Of a stretch of 64,000 nucleotides of DNA, positions 13,901-28,800 are shown piece after piece. A program made the translations under genes and the position numbers. Under the pieces are notes generated by a model. The model worked only from the letters and a program-made list of their open reading frames with translations. It ran no database searches and was not told where the DNA came from. Each line of letters opens with the position of its first letter. The first letter of the stretch is position 1. The DNA is from Auanema rhodensis (taxonomy: Eukaryota; Animalia; Nematoda): NCBI GenBank assembly GCA_964057225.1, contig OZ059900.1, forward strand, positions 24,242,001 to 24,306,000, in the 5' to 3' direction.

Positions 13901-16900
13901 ATATTTCTCATGGGAAATACTGTGTTTTTGTATTTTTCTAGTGTTCAGCATGTAAAATGCTTCATTTTAGTATGTAACACGCTGAAATTCGTTTCATTTG
14001 ACGACTCATATGAACAAAAATCGATTTAATCAATATTAGCCATAAAGGGCGTGCCCTCAGAATATGCTAATTTCCTTAATTTTCTAACCCCTGTTTTTTT
14101 GTCGTGAAAGTGGAACTAGACGTTGTAGGAACAATTTCGAGCTAGATTTCATTGACATTGCATGAGTTTGAACACATGAAATCGTAAGTCAAAACCTTGT
14201 TTACAGCGAAATTTCCAAAAACTGGTTTTCCAGCATAATAAAATATTTCTCATGGGAAATACTGTGTTTTTGTATTTTTATAGTGTTCAGCATGTAAAAT
14301 GTTTCATTTTAGTATGTAACACGCTGAAATTCGTTGCATTTGACGACTCATATGAACAAAAATCGATTTAATCAATATAAGCCATAAAGGGCGTGCCCTC
14401 AGAATCTGCTAATTTCCTTAATTTTCTAACCCCTGTTTTTTTGTCGTGAAAGTGGAACTAGACGTTGTAGGAACAATTTTGAGCTAGATTTCATTGACAT
14501 TGCATGAGTTTGAACACATGAAATCGTAAGTCAAAACCTTGTTTACAGCGAAATTTCCAAAAACTCGTTTTCCAGCATAATAAAATATTTCTCATGGGAA
14601 ATACTGTGTTTTTGTATTTTTTTAGTGTTCAGCATGTAAAATGCTTCATTTTAGTATGTGACACGCTGAAATTAATTGCATTTGACGACTCATATGAACA
14701 AAAATCGATTTAATCAATATTAGCCATAAGGGGCGTGCCCTCAGAATATGCTAATTTCCTCAATTTTCTAACCCCTGTTTTTTTGTCGTGAAAGTGGAAC
14801 TAGACGTTGTACGAACAATTTTGAGCTAGGTTTCATTGACATTGCATGAGTTTGAACACATGAAATCGTAAGTCAAAACCTTGTTTACAGCGAAATTTCC
14901 AAAAACTGGTTTTCCAGCATAATAAAATATTTCTCATGGGAAATACTGTGTTTTTGTATTTTTATAGTGTTCAGCATGTAAAATGCTTCATTTTAGTATG
15001 TAACACGCTGAAATTCGTTGCATTTGACGACTCATATGAACAAAAATCGATTTAATCAATATTAGCCATAAGAGGCGTGCCCTCAGAATATGCTAATTTC
15101 CTTAATTTTCTAACCCCTGTTTTTTTGTCGTGAAAGTGGAACTAGACGTTGTAGGAACAATTTTGAGCTAGGTTTCATTGACATTGCATGAGTTTGAACA
15201 CATGAAATCGTAAGTCAAAACCTTGTTTACAGCGAAATTTCCAAAAACTGGTTTTCCAGCATAATAAAATATTTCTCATAGGAAATACTGTGTTTTTGTA
15301 TTTTTCTAGTGTTCAGCATGTGAAATGCTTCATTTTAGTATGTAACACGCTGAAATTCGTTGCATTTGACGACTCATATGAACAAAAATCGATTTAATCA
15401 ATATTAGCCATAAGGGGCGTGCCCTCAGAATATGCTAATTTCCTTAATTTTCTAACCCCTGTTTTGTTGTCGTGAAAGTGGAACTAGACGTTGTAGGAAC
15501 AATTTTGAGCTAGGTTTCATTGACATTGCATGAGTTTGAACACATGAAATCGTAAGTCAAAACCTTGTTTACAGCGAAATTTCCAAAAACTGGTTTTCCA
15601 GCATAATAAAATATTTCTCATGGGAAATACTGTGTTTTTGTATTTTTCTAGTGTTCAGCATGTAAAATGCTTCATTTTAGTATGTAACACGCTGAAATTT
15701 GTTTCATTTGACGACTCATATGAACAAAAATCGATTTAATCAATATTAGCCATAAGGGGCGTGCCCTCAGAATATGCTAATTTCCTTAATTTTCTAACCC
15801 CTGTTTTTTTGTCGTGAAAGTGGAACTAGACGTTGTAGGAACAATTTTGAGCTAGGTTTCATTGACATTGCATGAGTTTGAACACATGAAATCGTAAGTC
15901 AAAACCTTGTTTACAGCGAAATTTCCAAAAACTGGTTTTCCAGCATAATAAAATATTTCTCATGGGAAATACTGTGTTTTTGTATTTTTATAGTGTTCAG
16001 CATGTAAAATGTTTCATTTTAGTATGTAACACGCTGAAATTCGTTGCATTTGACGACTCATATGAACAAAAATCGATTTAATCAATATTAGCCATAAAGG
16101 GCGTGCCCTCAGAATATGCTAATTTCCTTAATTTTCTAACCCCTGTTTTTTTGTCGTGAAAGTGGAACTAGACGTTGTAGGAACAATTTTGAGCTAGGTT
16201 TCATTGACATTGCATGAGTTTGAACACATGAAATCGTAAGTCAAAACCTTGTTTACAGCGAAATTTCCAAAAACTCGTTTTCCAGCATAATAAAATATTT
16301 CTCATGGGAAATACTGTGTTTTTGTATTTTTTTAGTGTTCAGCATGTAAAATGCTTCATTTTAGTATGTAACACGCTGAAATTCGTTGCATTTGACGACT
16401 CATATGAACAAAAATCGATTTAATCAATATTAGCCATAAGGGGCGTGCCCTCAGAATATGCTAATTTCCTTAATTTTCTAACCCCTGTTTTTTTGTCGTG
16501 AAAGTGGAACTAGACGTTGTACGAACAATTTTGAGCTAGGTTTCATTGACATTGCATGAGTTTGAACACATGAAATCGTAAGTCAAAACCTTGTTTACAG
16601 CGAAATTTCCAAAAACTGGTTTTCCAGCATAATAAAATATTTCTCATGGGAAATACTGTGTTTTTGTATTTTTATAGTGTTCAGCATGTAAAATGTTTCA
16701 TTTTAGTATGTAACACGCTGAAATTCGTTGCATTTGACGACTCATATGAACAAAAATCGATTTAATCAATATAAGCCATAAAGGGCGTGCCCTCAGAATC
16801 TGCTAATTTCCTTAATTTTCTAACCCCTGTTTTTTTGTCGTGAAAGTGGAACTAGACGTTGTAGGAACAATTTCGAGCTAGATTTCATTGACATTGCATG

Positions 16901-19500
16901 AGTTTGAACACATGAAATCGTAAGTCAAAACCTTGTTTACAGCGAAATTTCCAAAAACTCGTTTTCCAGCATAATAAAATATTTCTCATGGGAAATACTG
17001 TGTTTTTGTATTTTTTTAGTGTTCAGCATGTAAAATGCTTCATTTTAGTATGTGACACGCTGAAATTAATTGCATTTGACGACTCATATGAACAAAAATC
17101 GATTTAATCAATATTAGCCATAAGGGGCGTGCCCTCAGATTATGCTAATTTCCTTAATTTTCTAACCCCTGTTTTGTTGTCGTGAAAGTGGAACTAGACG
17201 TTGTAGGAACAATTTTGAGCTAGGTTTCATTGACATTGCATGAGTTTGAACACATGAAATCGTAAGTCAAAACCTTGTTTACAGCGAAATTTCCAAAAAC
17301 TGGTTTTCCAGCATAATAAAATATTTCTCATGGGAAATACTGTGTTTTTGTATTTTTATAGTGTTCAGCATGTAAAATGTTTCATTTTAGTATGTAACAC
17401 GCTGAAATTCGTTGCATTTGACGACTCATATGAACAAAAATCGATTTAATCAATATAAGCCATAAAGGGCGTGCCCTCAGAATCTGCTAATTTCCTTAAT
17501 TTTCTAACCCCTGTTTTTTTGTCGTGAAAGTGGAACTAGACGTTGTAGGAACAATTTTGAGCTAGATTTCATTGACATTGCATGAGTTTGAACACATGAA
17601 ATCGTAAGTCAAAACCTTGTTTACAGCGAAATTTCCAAAAACTCGTTTTCCAGCATAATAAAATATTTCTCATGGGAAATACTGTGTTTTTGTATTTTTT
17701 TAGTGTTCAGCATGTAAATTGCTTCATTTTAGTATGTGACACGCTGAAATTAATTGCATTTGACGACTCATATGAACAAAAATCGATTTAATCAATATTA
17801 GCCATAAGGGGCGTGCCCTCAGATTATGCTAATTTCCTCAATTTTCTAACCCCTGTTTTTTTGTCGTGAAAGTGGAACTAGACGTTGTACCAACAATTTT
17901 GAGCTAGGTTTCATTGACATTGCATGAGTTTGAACACATGAAATCGTAAGTCAAAACCTTGTTTACAGCGAAATTTCCAAAAACTGGTTTTCCAGCATAA
18001 TAAAATATTTCTCATGGGAAATACTGTGTTTTTGTATTTTTCTAGTGTTCAGCATGTGAAATGCTTCATTTTAGTATGTAACACGCTGAAATTCGTTGCA
18101 TTTGACGACTCATATGAACAAAAATCGATTTAATCAATATTAGCCATAAGGGGCGTGCCCTCAGAATATGCTAATTTCCTTAATTTTCTAACCCCTGTTT
18201 TGTTGTCGTGAAAGTGGAACTAGACGTTGTAGGAACAATTTTGAGCTAGGTTTCATTGACATTGCATGAGTTTGAACACATGAAATCGTAAGTCAAAACC
18301 TTGTTTACAGCGAAATTTCCAAAAACTGGTTTTCCAGCATAATAAAATATTTCTCATGGGAAATACTGTGTTTTTGTATTTTTATAGTGTTCAGCATGTA
18401 AAATGCTTCATTTTAGTATGTAACACGCTGAAATTCGTTGCATTTGACGACTCATATGAACAAAAATCGATTTAATCAATATTAGCCATAAGAGGCGTGC
18501 CCTCAGAATATGCTAATTTCCTTAATTTTCTAACCCCTGTTTTTTTGTCGTGAAAGTGGAACTAGACGTTGTAGGAACAATTTTGAGCTAGGTTTCATTG
18601 ACATTGCATGAGTTTGAACACATGAAATCGTAAGTCAAAACCTTGTTTACAGCGAAATTTCCAAAAACTGGTTTTCCAGCATAATAAAATATTTCTCATA
18701 GGAAATACTGTGTTTTTGTATTTTTCTAGTGTTCAGCATGTGAAATGCTTCATTTTAGTATGTAACACGCTGAAATTCGTTGCATTTGACGACTCATATG
18801 AACAAAAATCGATTTAATCAATATTAGCCATAAGGGGCGTGCCCTCAGAATATGCTAATTTCCTTAATTTTCTAACCCCTGTTTTGTTGTCGTGAAAGTG
18901 GAACTAGACGTTGTAGGAACAATTTTGAGCTAGGTTTCATTGACATTGCATGAGTTTGAACACATGAAATCGTAAGTCAAAACCTTGTTTACAGCGAAAT
19001 TTCCAAAAACTGGTTTTCCAGCATAATAAAATATTTCTCATGGGAAATACTGTGTTTTTGTATTTTTCTAGTGTTCAGCATGTAAAATGCTTCATTTTAG
19101 TATGTAACACGCTGAAATTCGTTTCATTTGACGACTCATATGAACAAAAATCGATTTAATCAATATTAGCCATAAAGGGCGTGCCCTCAGAATATGCTAA
19201 TTTCCTTAATTTTCTAACCCCTGTTTTTTTGTCGTGAAAGTGGAACTAGACGTTGTAGGAACAATTTCGAGCTAGATTTCATTGACATTGCATGAGTTTG
19301 AACACATGAAATCGTAAGTCAAAACCTTGTTTACAGCGAAATTTCCAAAAACTGGTTTTCCAGCATAATAAAATATTTCTCATGGGAAATACTGTGTTTT
19401 TGTATTTTTATAGTGTTCAGCATGTAAAATGTTTCATTTTAGTATGTAACACGCTGAAATTCGTTGCATTTGACGACTCATATGAACAAAAATCGATTTA
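10970..19500 (+). repeat. Duplicated block at 15-monomer (5130-bp) offset; boundaries approximate
   Basis: TTTCGAGC occurs at 11744/16874 and 14138/19268, and CTCATAGG at 13570/18700. All three pairs are 5130 bp apart. Confidence 0.8.
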
Positions 19501-22500
19501 ATCAATATTAGCCATAAAGGGCGTGCCCTCAGATTATGCTAATTTCCTTAATTTTCTAACCCCTGTTTTGTTGTCGTGAAAGTGGAACTAGACGTTGTAG
19601 GAACAATTTTGAGCTAGGTTTCATTGACATTGCATGAGTTTGAACACATGAAATCGTAAGTCAAAACCTTGTTTACAGCGAAATTTCCAAAAACTGGTTT
19701 TCCAGCATAATAAAATATTTCTCATGGGAAATACTGTGTTTTTGTATTTTTATAGTGTTCAGCATGTAAAATGTTTCATTTTAGTATGTAACACGCTGAA
19801 ATTCGTTGCATTTGACGACTCATATGAACAAAAATCGATTTAATCAATATAAGCCATAAAGGGCGTGCCCTCAGAATCTGCTAATTTCCTTAATTTTCTA
19901 ACCCCTGTTTTTTTGTCGTGAAAGTGGAACTAGACGTTGTAGGAACAATTTTGAGCTAGATTTCATTGACATTGCATGAGTTTGAACACATGAAATCGTA
20001 AGTCAAAACCTTGTTTACAGCGAAATTTCCAAAAACTCGTTTTCCAGCATAATAAAATATTTCTCATGGGAAATACTGTGTTTTTGTATTTTTTTAGTGT
20101 TCAGCATGTAAAATGCTTCATTTTAGTATGTGACACGCTGAAATTAATTGCATTTGACGACTCATATGAACAAAAATCGATTTAATCAATATTAGCCATA
20201 AGGGGCGTGCCCTCAGAATATGCTAATTTCCTCAATTTTCTAACCCCTGTTTTTTTGTCGTGAAAGTGGAACTAGACGTTGTACGAACAATTTTGAGCTA
20301 GGTTTCATTGACATTGCATGAGTTTGAACACATGAAATCGTAAGTCAAAACCTTGTTTACAGCGAAATTTCCAAAAACTGGTTTTCCAGCATAATAAAAT
20401 ATTTCTCATGGGAAATACTGTGTTTTTGTATTTTTCTAGTGTTCAGCATGTGAAATGCTTCATTTTAGTATGTAACACGCTGAAATTCGTTGCATTTGAC
20501 GACTCATATGAACAAAAATCGATTTAATCAATATTAGCCATAAGGGGCGTGCCCTCAGAATATGCTAATTTCCTTAATTTTCTAACCCCTGTTTTGTTGT
20601 CGTGAAAGTGGAACTAGACGTTGTAGGAACAATTTTGAGCTAGGTTTCATTGACATTGCATGAGTTTGAACACATGAAATCGTAAGTCAAAACCTTGTTT
20701 ACAGCGAAATTTCCAAAAACTGGTTTTCCAGCATAATAAAATATTTCTCATGGGAAATACTGTGTTTTTGTATTTTTATAGTGTTCAGCATGTAAAATGC
20801 TTCATTTTAGTATGTAACACGCTGAAATTCGTTGCATTTGACGACTCATATGAACAAAAATCGATTTAATCAATATTAGCCATAAGAGGCGTGCCCTCAG
20901 AATATGCTAATTTCCTTAAATTTCTAACCCCTGTTTTTTTGTCGTGAAAGTGGAACTAGACGTTGTAGGAACAATTTTGAGCTAGGTTTCATTGACATTG
21001 CATGAGTTTGAACACATGAAATCGTAAGTCAAAACCTTGTTTACAGCGAAATTTCCAAAAACTGGTTTTCCAGCATAATAAAATATTTCTCATAGGAAAT
21101 ACTGTGTTTTTGTATTTTTCTAGTGTTCAGCATGTGAAATGCTTCATTTTAGTATGTAACACGCTGAAATTCGTTGCATTTGACGACTCATATGAACAAA
21201 AATCGATTTAATCAATATTAGCCATAAGGGGCGTGCCCTCAGAATATGCTAATTTCCTTAATTTTCTAACCCCTGTTTTGTTGTCGTGAAAGTGGAACTA
21301 GACGTTGTAGGAACAATTTTGAGCTAGGTTTCATTGACATTGCATGAGTTTGAACACATGAAATCGTAAGTCAAAACCTTGTTTACAGCGAAATTTCCAA
21401 AAACTGGTTTTCCAGCATAATAAAATATTTCTCATGGGAAATACTGTGTTTTTGTATTTTTCTAGTGTTCAGCATGTAAAATGCTTCATTTTAGTATGTA
21501 ACACGCTGAAATTCGTTTCATTTGACGACTCATATGAACAAAAATCGATTTAATCAATATTAGCCATAAGGGGCGTGCCCTCAGAATATGCTAATTTCCT
21601 TAATTTTCTAACCCCTGTTTTTTTGTCGTGAAAGTGGAACTAGACGTTGTAGGAACAATTTTGAGCTAGGTTTCATTGACATTGCATGAGTTTGAACACA
21701 TGAAATCGTAAGTCAAAACCTTGTTTACAGCGAATTTTCCAAAAACTGGTTTTCCAGCATAATAAAATATTTCTCATGGGAAATACTGTGTTTTTGTATT
21801 TTTATAGTGTTCAGCATGTAAAATGTTTCATTTTAGTATGTAACACGCTGAAATTCGTTGCATTTGACGACTCATATGAACAAAAATCGATTTAATCAAT
21901 ATTAGCCATAAAGGGCGTGCCCTCAGAATATGCTAATTTCCTTAATTTTCTAACCCCTGTTTTTTTGTCGTGAAAGTGGAACTAGACGTTGTAGGAACAA
22001 TTTTGAGCTAGGTTTCATTGACATTGCATGAGTTTGAACACATGAAATCGTAAGTCAAAACCTTGTTTACAGCGAAATTTCCAAAAACTCGTTTTCCAGC
22101 ATAATAAAATATTTCTCATGGGAAATACTGTGTTTTTGTATTTTTTTAGTGTTCAGCATGTAAAATGCTTCATTTTAGTATGTAACACGCTGAAATTAAT
22201 TGCATTTGACGACTCATATGAACAAAAATCGATTTAATCAATATTAGCCATAAGGGGCGTGCCCTCAGAATATGCTAATTTCCTTAATTTTCTAACCCCT
22301 GTTTTTTTGTCGTGAAAGTGGAACTAGACGTTGTACGAACAATTTTGAGCTAGGTCTCATTGACATTGCATGAGTTTGAACACATGAAATCGTAAGTCAA
22401 AACCTTGTTTACAGCGAAATTTCCAAAAACTGGTTTTCCAGCATAATAAAATATTTCTCATGGGAAATACTGTGTTTTTGTATTTTTCTAGTGTTCAGCA

Positions 22501-22823
22501 TGTAAAATGGTTCATTTTAGTATGTAACACGCTGAAATTCGTTGCATTTGACGACTCATATGAACAAAAATCGATTAAATCAATATTAGCCATAAGGGGC
22601 GTGCCCTCAGAATATGCTAATTTCCTTAATTTTCTAACCCCTGTTTTTTTGTCGTGAAAGTGGAACTAGACGTTGTACGAACAATTTTGAGCTAGGTTTC
22701 ATTGACATTGCATGAGTTTGAACACATGAAATCGTAAGTCAAAACCTTGTTTACAGCGAAATTTCCAAAAACTGGTTTTCCAGCATAATAAAATCTTTCT
22801 CATGGGAAATACTGTGTTTTTGT

Positions 22824-22827
22824 ATTT
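22824..22827. other. Left inversion junction with 4-bp microhomology ATTT
   Basis: The junction reads TTTTTGT[ATTT]CAGCGTG. ATTT matches forward monomer positions 252-255 and the reverse complement of positions 308-305. Confidence 0.92.
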
Positions 22828-25800
22828 CAGCGTGTTACATACTAAAATGAAGCATTTTACATGCTGAACACTAGAAAAATACAAAAACACAGTATTTCCC
22901 ATGAGAAATATTTTATTATGCTGGAAAACCAGTTTTTGGAAAGTTCGCTGTAAACAAGGTTTTGACTTACGATTTCATGTGTTCAAACTCATGCAATGTC
23001 AATGAAACCTAGCTCAAAATTGTTCGTACAACGTCTAGTTCCACTTTCACGACAAAAAAACAGGGGTTAGAAAATTAAGGAAATTAGCATATTCTGAGGG
23101 CACGCCCCTTATGGCTAATATTGATTAAATCGATTTTTGTTCATATGAGTCGTCAAATGCAACGAATTTCAGCGTGTTACATACTTAAATGAAGCATTTT
23201 ACATGCTGAACACTATAAAAATACAAAAACACAGTATTTCCCATGAGAAATATTTTATTATGCTGGAAAACCAGTTTTTGGAAATTTCGCTGTAAACAAG
23301 GTTTTGACTTACGATTTCATGTGTTCAAACTCATGCAATGTCAATGAAACCTAGCTCAAAATTGTTCGTACAACGTCTAGTTCCACTTTCACGACAAAAA
23401 AACAGGGGTTAGAAAATTAAGGAAATTAGCATATTCTGAGGGCACGCCCCTTATGGCTAATATTGATTAAATCGATTTTTGTTCATATGAGTCGTCAAAT
23501 GCAATTAATTTCAGCGTGTTACATACTAAAATGAAGCATTTTACATGCTGAACACTAAAAAAATACAAAAACACAGTATTTCCCATGAGAAATATTTTAT
23601 TATGCTGGAAAACGAGTTTTTGGAAATTTCGCTGTAAACAAGGTTTTGACTTACGATTTCATGTGTTCAAACTCATGCAATGTCAATGAAACCTAGCTCA
23701 AAATTGTTCCTACAACGTCTAGTTCCACTTTCACGACAAAAAACAGGGGTTAGAAAATTAAGGAAATTAGCATATTCTGAGGGCACGCCCCTTATGGCTA
23801 ATATTGATTAAATCGATTTTTGTTCATATGAGTCGTCAAATGCAATTAATTTCAGCGTGTTACATACTAAAATGAAGCATTTTACATGCTGAACACTAGA
23901 AAAATACAAAAACACAGTATTTCCCATGAGAAATATTTTATTATGCTGGAAAACCAGTTTTTGGAAATTTCGCTGTAAACAAGGTTTTGACTTACGATTT
24001 CATGTGTTCAAACTCATGCAATGTCAATGAAACCTAGCTCAAAATTGTTCCTACAACGTCTAGTTCCACTTTCACGACAACAAAACAGGGGTTAGAAAAT
24101 TAAGGAAATTAGCATATTCTGAGGGCACGCCCCTTATGGCTAATATTGATTAAATCGATTTTTGTTCATATGAGTCGTCAAATGCAACGAATTTCAGCGT
24201 GTTACATACTAAAATGAAGCATTTCACATGCTGAACACTAGAAAAATACAAAAACACAGTATTTCCCATGAGAAATATTTTATTATGCTGGAAAACCAGT
24301 TTTTGGAAATTTCGCTGTAAACAAGGTTTTGACTTACGATTTCATGTGTTCAAACTCATGCAATGTCAATGAAACCTAGCTCAAAATTGTTCCTACAACG
24401 TCTAGTTCCACTTTCACGACAACAAAACAGGGGTTAGAAAATTAAGGAAATTAGCATATTCTGAGGGCACGCCCCTTATGGCTAATATTGATTAAATCGA
24501 TTTTTGTTCATATGAGTCGTCAAATGCAATTAATTTCAGCGTGTTACATACTAAAATGAAGCATTTTACATGCTGAACACTAAAAAAATACAAAAACACA
24601 GTATTTCCCATGAGAAATATTTTATTATGCTGGAAAACCAGTTTTTGGAAATTTCGCTGTAAACAAGGTTTTGACTTACGATTTCATGTGTTCAAACTCA
24701 TGCAATGTCAATGAAACCTAGCTCAAAATTGTTCCTACAACGTCTAGTTCCACTTTCACGACAAAAAAACAGGGGTTAGAAAATTAAGGAAATTAGCATA
24801 TTCTGAGGGCACGCCTCTTATGGCTAATATTGATTAAATCGATTTTTGTTCATATGAGTCGTCAAATGCAACGAATTTCAGCGTGTTACATACTAAAATG
24901 AAGCATTTTACATGCTGAACACTATAAAAATACAAAAACACAGTATTTCCCATGAGAAATATTTTATTATGCTGGAAAACCAGTTTTTGGAAATTTCGCT
25001 GTAAACAAGGTTTTGACTTACGATTTCATGTGTTCAAACTCATGCAATGTCAATGAAACCTAGCTCAAAATTGTTCCTACAACGTCTAGTTCCACTTTCA
25101 CGACAACAAAACAGGGGTTAGAAAATTAAGGAAATTAGCATATTCTGAGGGCACGCCTCTTATGGCTAATATTGATTAAATCGATTTTTGTTCATATGAG
25201 TCGTCAAATGCAACGAATTTCAGCGTGTTACATACTAAAATGAAGCATTTTACATGCTGAACACTATAAAAATACAAAAACACAGTATTTCCCATGAGAA
25301 ATATTTTATTATGCTGGAAAACCAGTTTTTGGAAATTTCGCTGTAAACAAGGTTTTGACTTACGATTTCATGTGTTCAAACTCATGCAATGTCAATGAAA
25401 CCTAGCTCAAAATTGTTCCTACAACGTCTAGTTCCACTTTCACGACAACAAAACAGGGGTTAGAAAATTAAGGAAATTAGCATATTCTGAGGGCACGCCC
25501 CTTATGGCTAATATTGATTAAATCGATTTTTGTTCATATGAGTCGTCAAATGCAACGAATTTCAGCGTGTTACATACTAAAATGAAGCATTTCACATGCT
25601 GAACACTAGAAAAATACAAAAACACAGTATTTCCCATGAGAAATATTTTATTATGCTGGAAAACCAGTTTTTGGAAATTTCGCTGTAAACAAGGTTTTGA
25701 CTTACGATTTCATGTGTTCAAACTCATGCAATGTCAATGAAACCTAGCTCAAAATTGTTCCTACAACGTCTAGTTCCACTTTCACGACAACAAAACAGGG

Positions 25801-28800
25801 GTTAGAAAATTAAGGAAATTAGCATATTCTGAGGGCACGCCCCTTATGGCTAATATTGATTAAATCGATTTTTGTTCATATGAGTCGTCAAATGCAACGA
25901 ATTTCAGCGTGTTACATACTAAAATGAAGCATTTCACATGCTGAACACTAGAAAAATACAAAAACACAGTATTTCCCATGAGAAATATTTTATTATGCTG
26001 GAAAACCAGTTTTTGGAAAGTTCGCTGTAAACAAGGTTTTGACTTACGATTTCATGTGTTCAAACTCATGCAATGTCAATGAAACCTAGCTCAAAATTGT
26101 TCGTACAACGTCTAGTTCCACTTTCACGACAAAAAAACAGGGGTTAGAAAATTAAGGAAATTAGCATATTCTGAGGGCACGCCCCTTATGGCTAATATTG
26201 ATTAAATCGATTTTTGTTCATATGAGTCGTCAAATGCAATTAATTTCAGCGTGTTACATACTAAAATGAAGCATTTTACATGCTGAACACTAAAAAAATA
26301 CAAAAACACAGTATTTCCCTTGAGAAATATTTTATTATGCTGGAAAACGAGTTTTTGGAAATTTCGCTGTAAACAAGGTTTTGACTTACGATTTCATGTG
26401 TTCAAACTCATGCAATGTCAATGAAACCTAGCTCAAAATTGTTCCTACAACGTCTAGTTCCACTTTCACGACAAAAAACAGGGGTTAGAAAATTAAGGAA
26501 ATTAGCATATTCTGAGGGCACGCCCCTTATGGCTAATATTGATTAAATCGATTTTTGTTCATATGAGTCGTCAAATGCAACGAATTTCAACGTGTTACAT
26601 ACTAAAATGAAGCATTTTACATGCTGAACACTAGAAAAATACAAAAACACAGTATTTCCCATGAGAAATATTTTATTATGCTGGAAAACCAGTTTTTGGA
26701 AATTTCGCTGTAAACAAGGTTTTGACTTACGATTTCATGTGTTCAAACTCATGCAATGTCAATGAAACCTAGCTCAAAATTGTTCCTACAACGTCTAGTT
26801 CCACTTTCACGACAACAAAACAGGGGTTAGAAAATTAAGGAAATTAGCATATTCTGAGGGCACGCCCCTTATGGCTAATATTGATTAAATCGATTTTTGT
26901 TCATATGAGTCGTCAAATGCAACGAATTTCAGCGTGTTACATACTAAAATGAAGCATTTCACATGCTGAACACTAGAAAAATACAAAAACACAGTATTTC
27001 CCATGAGAAATATTTTATTATGCTGGAAAACCAGTTTTTGGAAATTTCGCTGTAAACAAGGTTTTGACTTACGATTTCATGTGTTCAAACTCATGCAATG
27101 TCAATGAAACCTAGCTCAAAATTGTTCCTACAACGTCTAGTTCCACTTTCACGACAAAAAAACAGGGGTTAGAAAATTAAGGAAATTAGCATATTCTGAG
27201 GGCACACCCCTTATGGCTAATATTGATTAAATCGATTTTTGTTCATATGAGTCGTCAAATGCAACGAATTTCAGCGTGTTACATACTAAAATGAAACATT
27301 TTACATGCTGAACACTAGAAAAAAACAAAAACACAGTATTTCCCATGAGAAATATTTTATTATGCTGGAAAACCAGTTTTTGGAAATTTCGCTGTAAACA
27401 AGGTTTTGACTTACGATTTCATGTGTTCAAACTCATGCAATGTCAATGAAACCTAGCTCAAAATTGTTCCTACAACGTCTAGTTCCACTTTCACGACAAC
27501 AAAACAGGGGTTAGAAAATTAAGGAAATTAGCATATTCTGAGGGCACGCCTCTTATGGCTAATATTGATTAAATCGATTTTTGTTCATATGAGTCGTCAA
27601 ATGCAACGAATTTCAGCGTGTTACATACTAAAATGAAGCATTTCACATGCTGAACACTAGAAAAATACAAAAACACAGTATTTCCCATGAGAAATATTTT
27701 ATTATGCTGGAAAACCAGTTTTTGGAAAGTTCGCTGTAAACAAGGTTTTGACTTACGATTTCATGTGTTCAAACTCATGCAATGTCAATGAAACCTAGCT
27801 CAAAATTGTTCGTACAACGTCTAGTTCCACTTTCACGACAAAAAAACAGGGGTTAGAAAATTAAGGAAATTAGCATATTCTGAGGGCACGCCCCTTATGG
27901 CTAATATTGATTAAATCGATTTTTGTTCATATGAGTCGTCAAATGCAATTAATTTCAGCGTGTTACATACTAAAATGAAGCATTTTACATGCTGAACACT
28001 AAAAAAATACAAAAACACAGTATTTCCCATGAGAAATATTTTATTATGCTGGAAAACGAGTTTTTGGAAATTTCGCTGTAAACAAGGTTTTGACTTACGA
28101 TTTCATGTGTTCAAACTCATGCAATGTCAATGAAACCTAGCTCAAAATTGTTCCTACAACGTCTAGTTCCACTTTCACGACAAAAAACAGGGGTTAGAAA
28201 ATTAAGGAAATTAGCATATTCTGAGGGCACGCCCCTTATGGCTAATATTGATTAAATCGATTTTTGTTCATATGAGTCGTCAAATGCAACGAATTTCAGC
28301 GTGTTACATACTAAAATGAAGCATTTTACATGCTGAACACTAGAAAAATACAAAAACACAGTATTTCCCATGAGAAATATTTTATTATGCTGGAAAACCA
28401 GTTTTTGGAAATTTCGCTGTAAACAAGGTTTTGACTTACGATTTCATGTGTTCAAACTCATGCAATGTCAATGAAACCTAGCTCAAAATTGTTCCTACAA
28501 CGTCTAGTTCCACTTTCACGACAACAAAACAGGGGTTAGAAAATTAAGGAAATTAGCATATTCTGAGGGCACGCCCCTTATGGCTAATATTGATTAAATC
28601 GATTTTTGTTCATATGAGTCGTCAAATGCAACGAATTTCAGCGTGTTACATACTAAAATGAAGCATTTCACATGCTGAACACTAGAAAAATACAAAAACA
28701 CAGTATTTCCCATGAGAAATATTTTATTATGCTGGAAAACCAGTTTTTGGAAATTTCGCTGTAAACAAGGTTTTGACTTACGATTTCATGTGTTCAAACT

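Larger units (their letters stand above)
1..22827 (+). repeat. Left forward arm: 66 full monomers plus 255 bp, no net indels
   Basis: Monomer 67 starts at 22573, which is exactly 1+66x342. Characteristic variants are AATATAAGCC, CAGAATCTG, CCTCAATT, TTTTTAGC and TTTCGAGC. Confidence 0.97.

Noticed and set aside
22460-22657. 65-aa ORF on + strand
   Set aside because: It exists only because the private SNP at 22577 removes the usual TAA. It is satellite sequence read in frame.
22699-22902. 67-aa ORF on - strand
   Set aside because: It is a chimeric frame running across the left inversion junction, and both halves are satellite.
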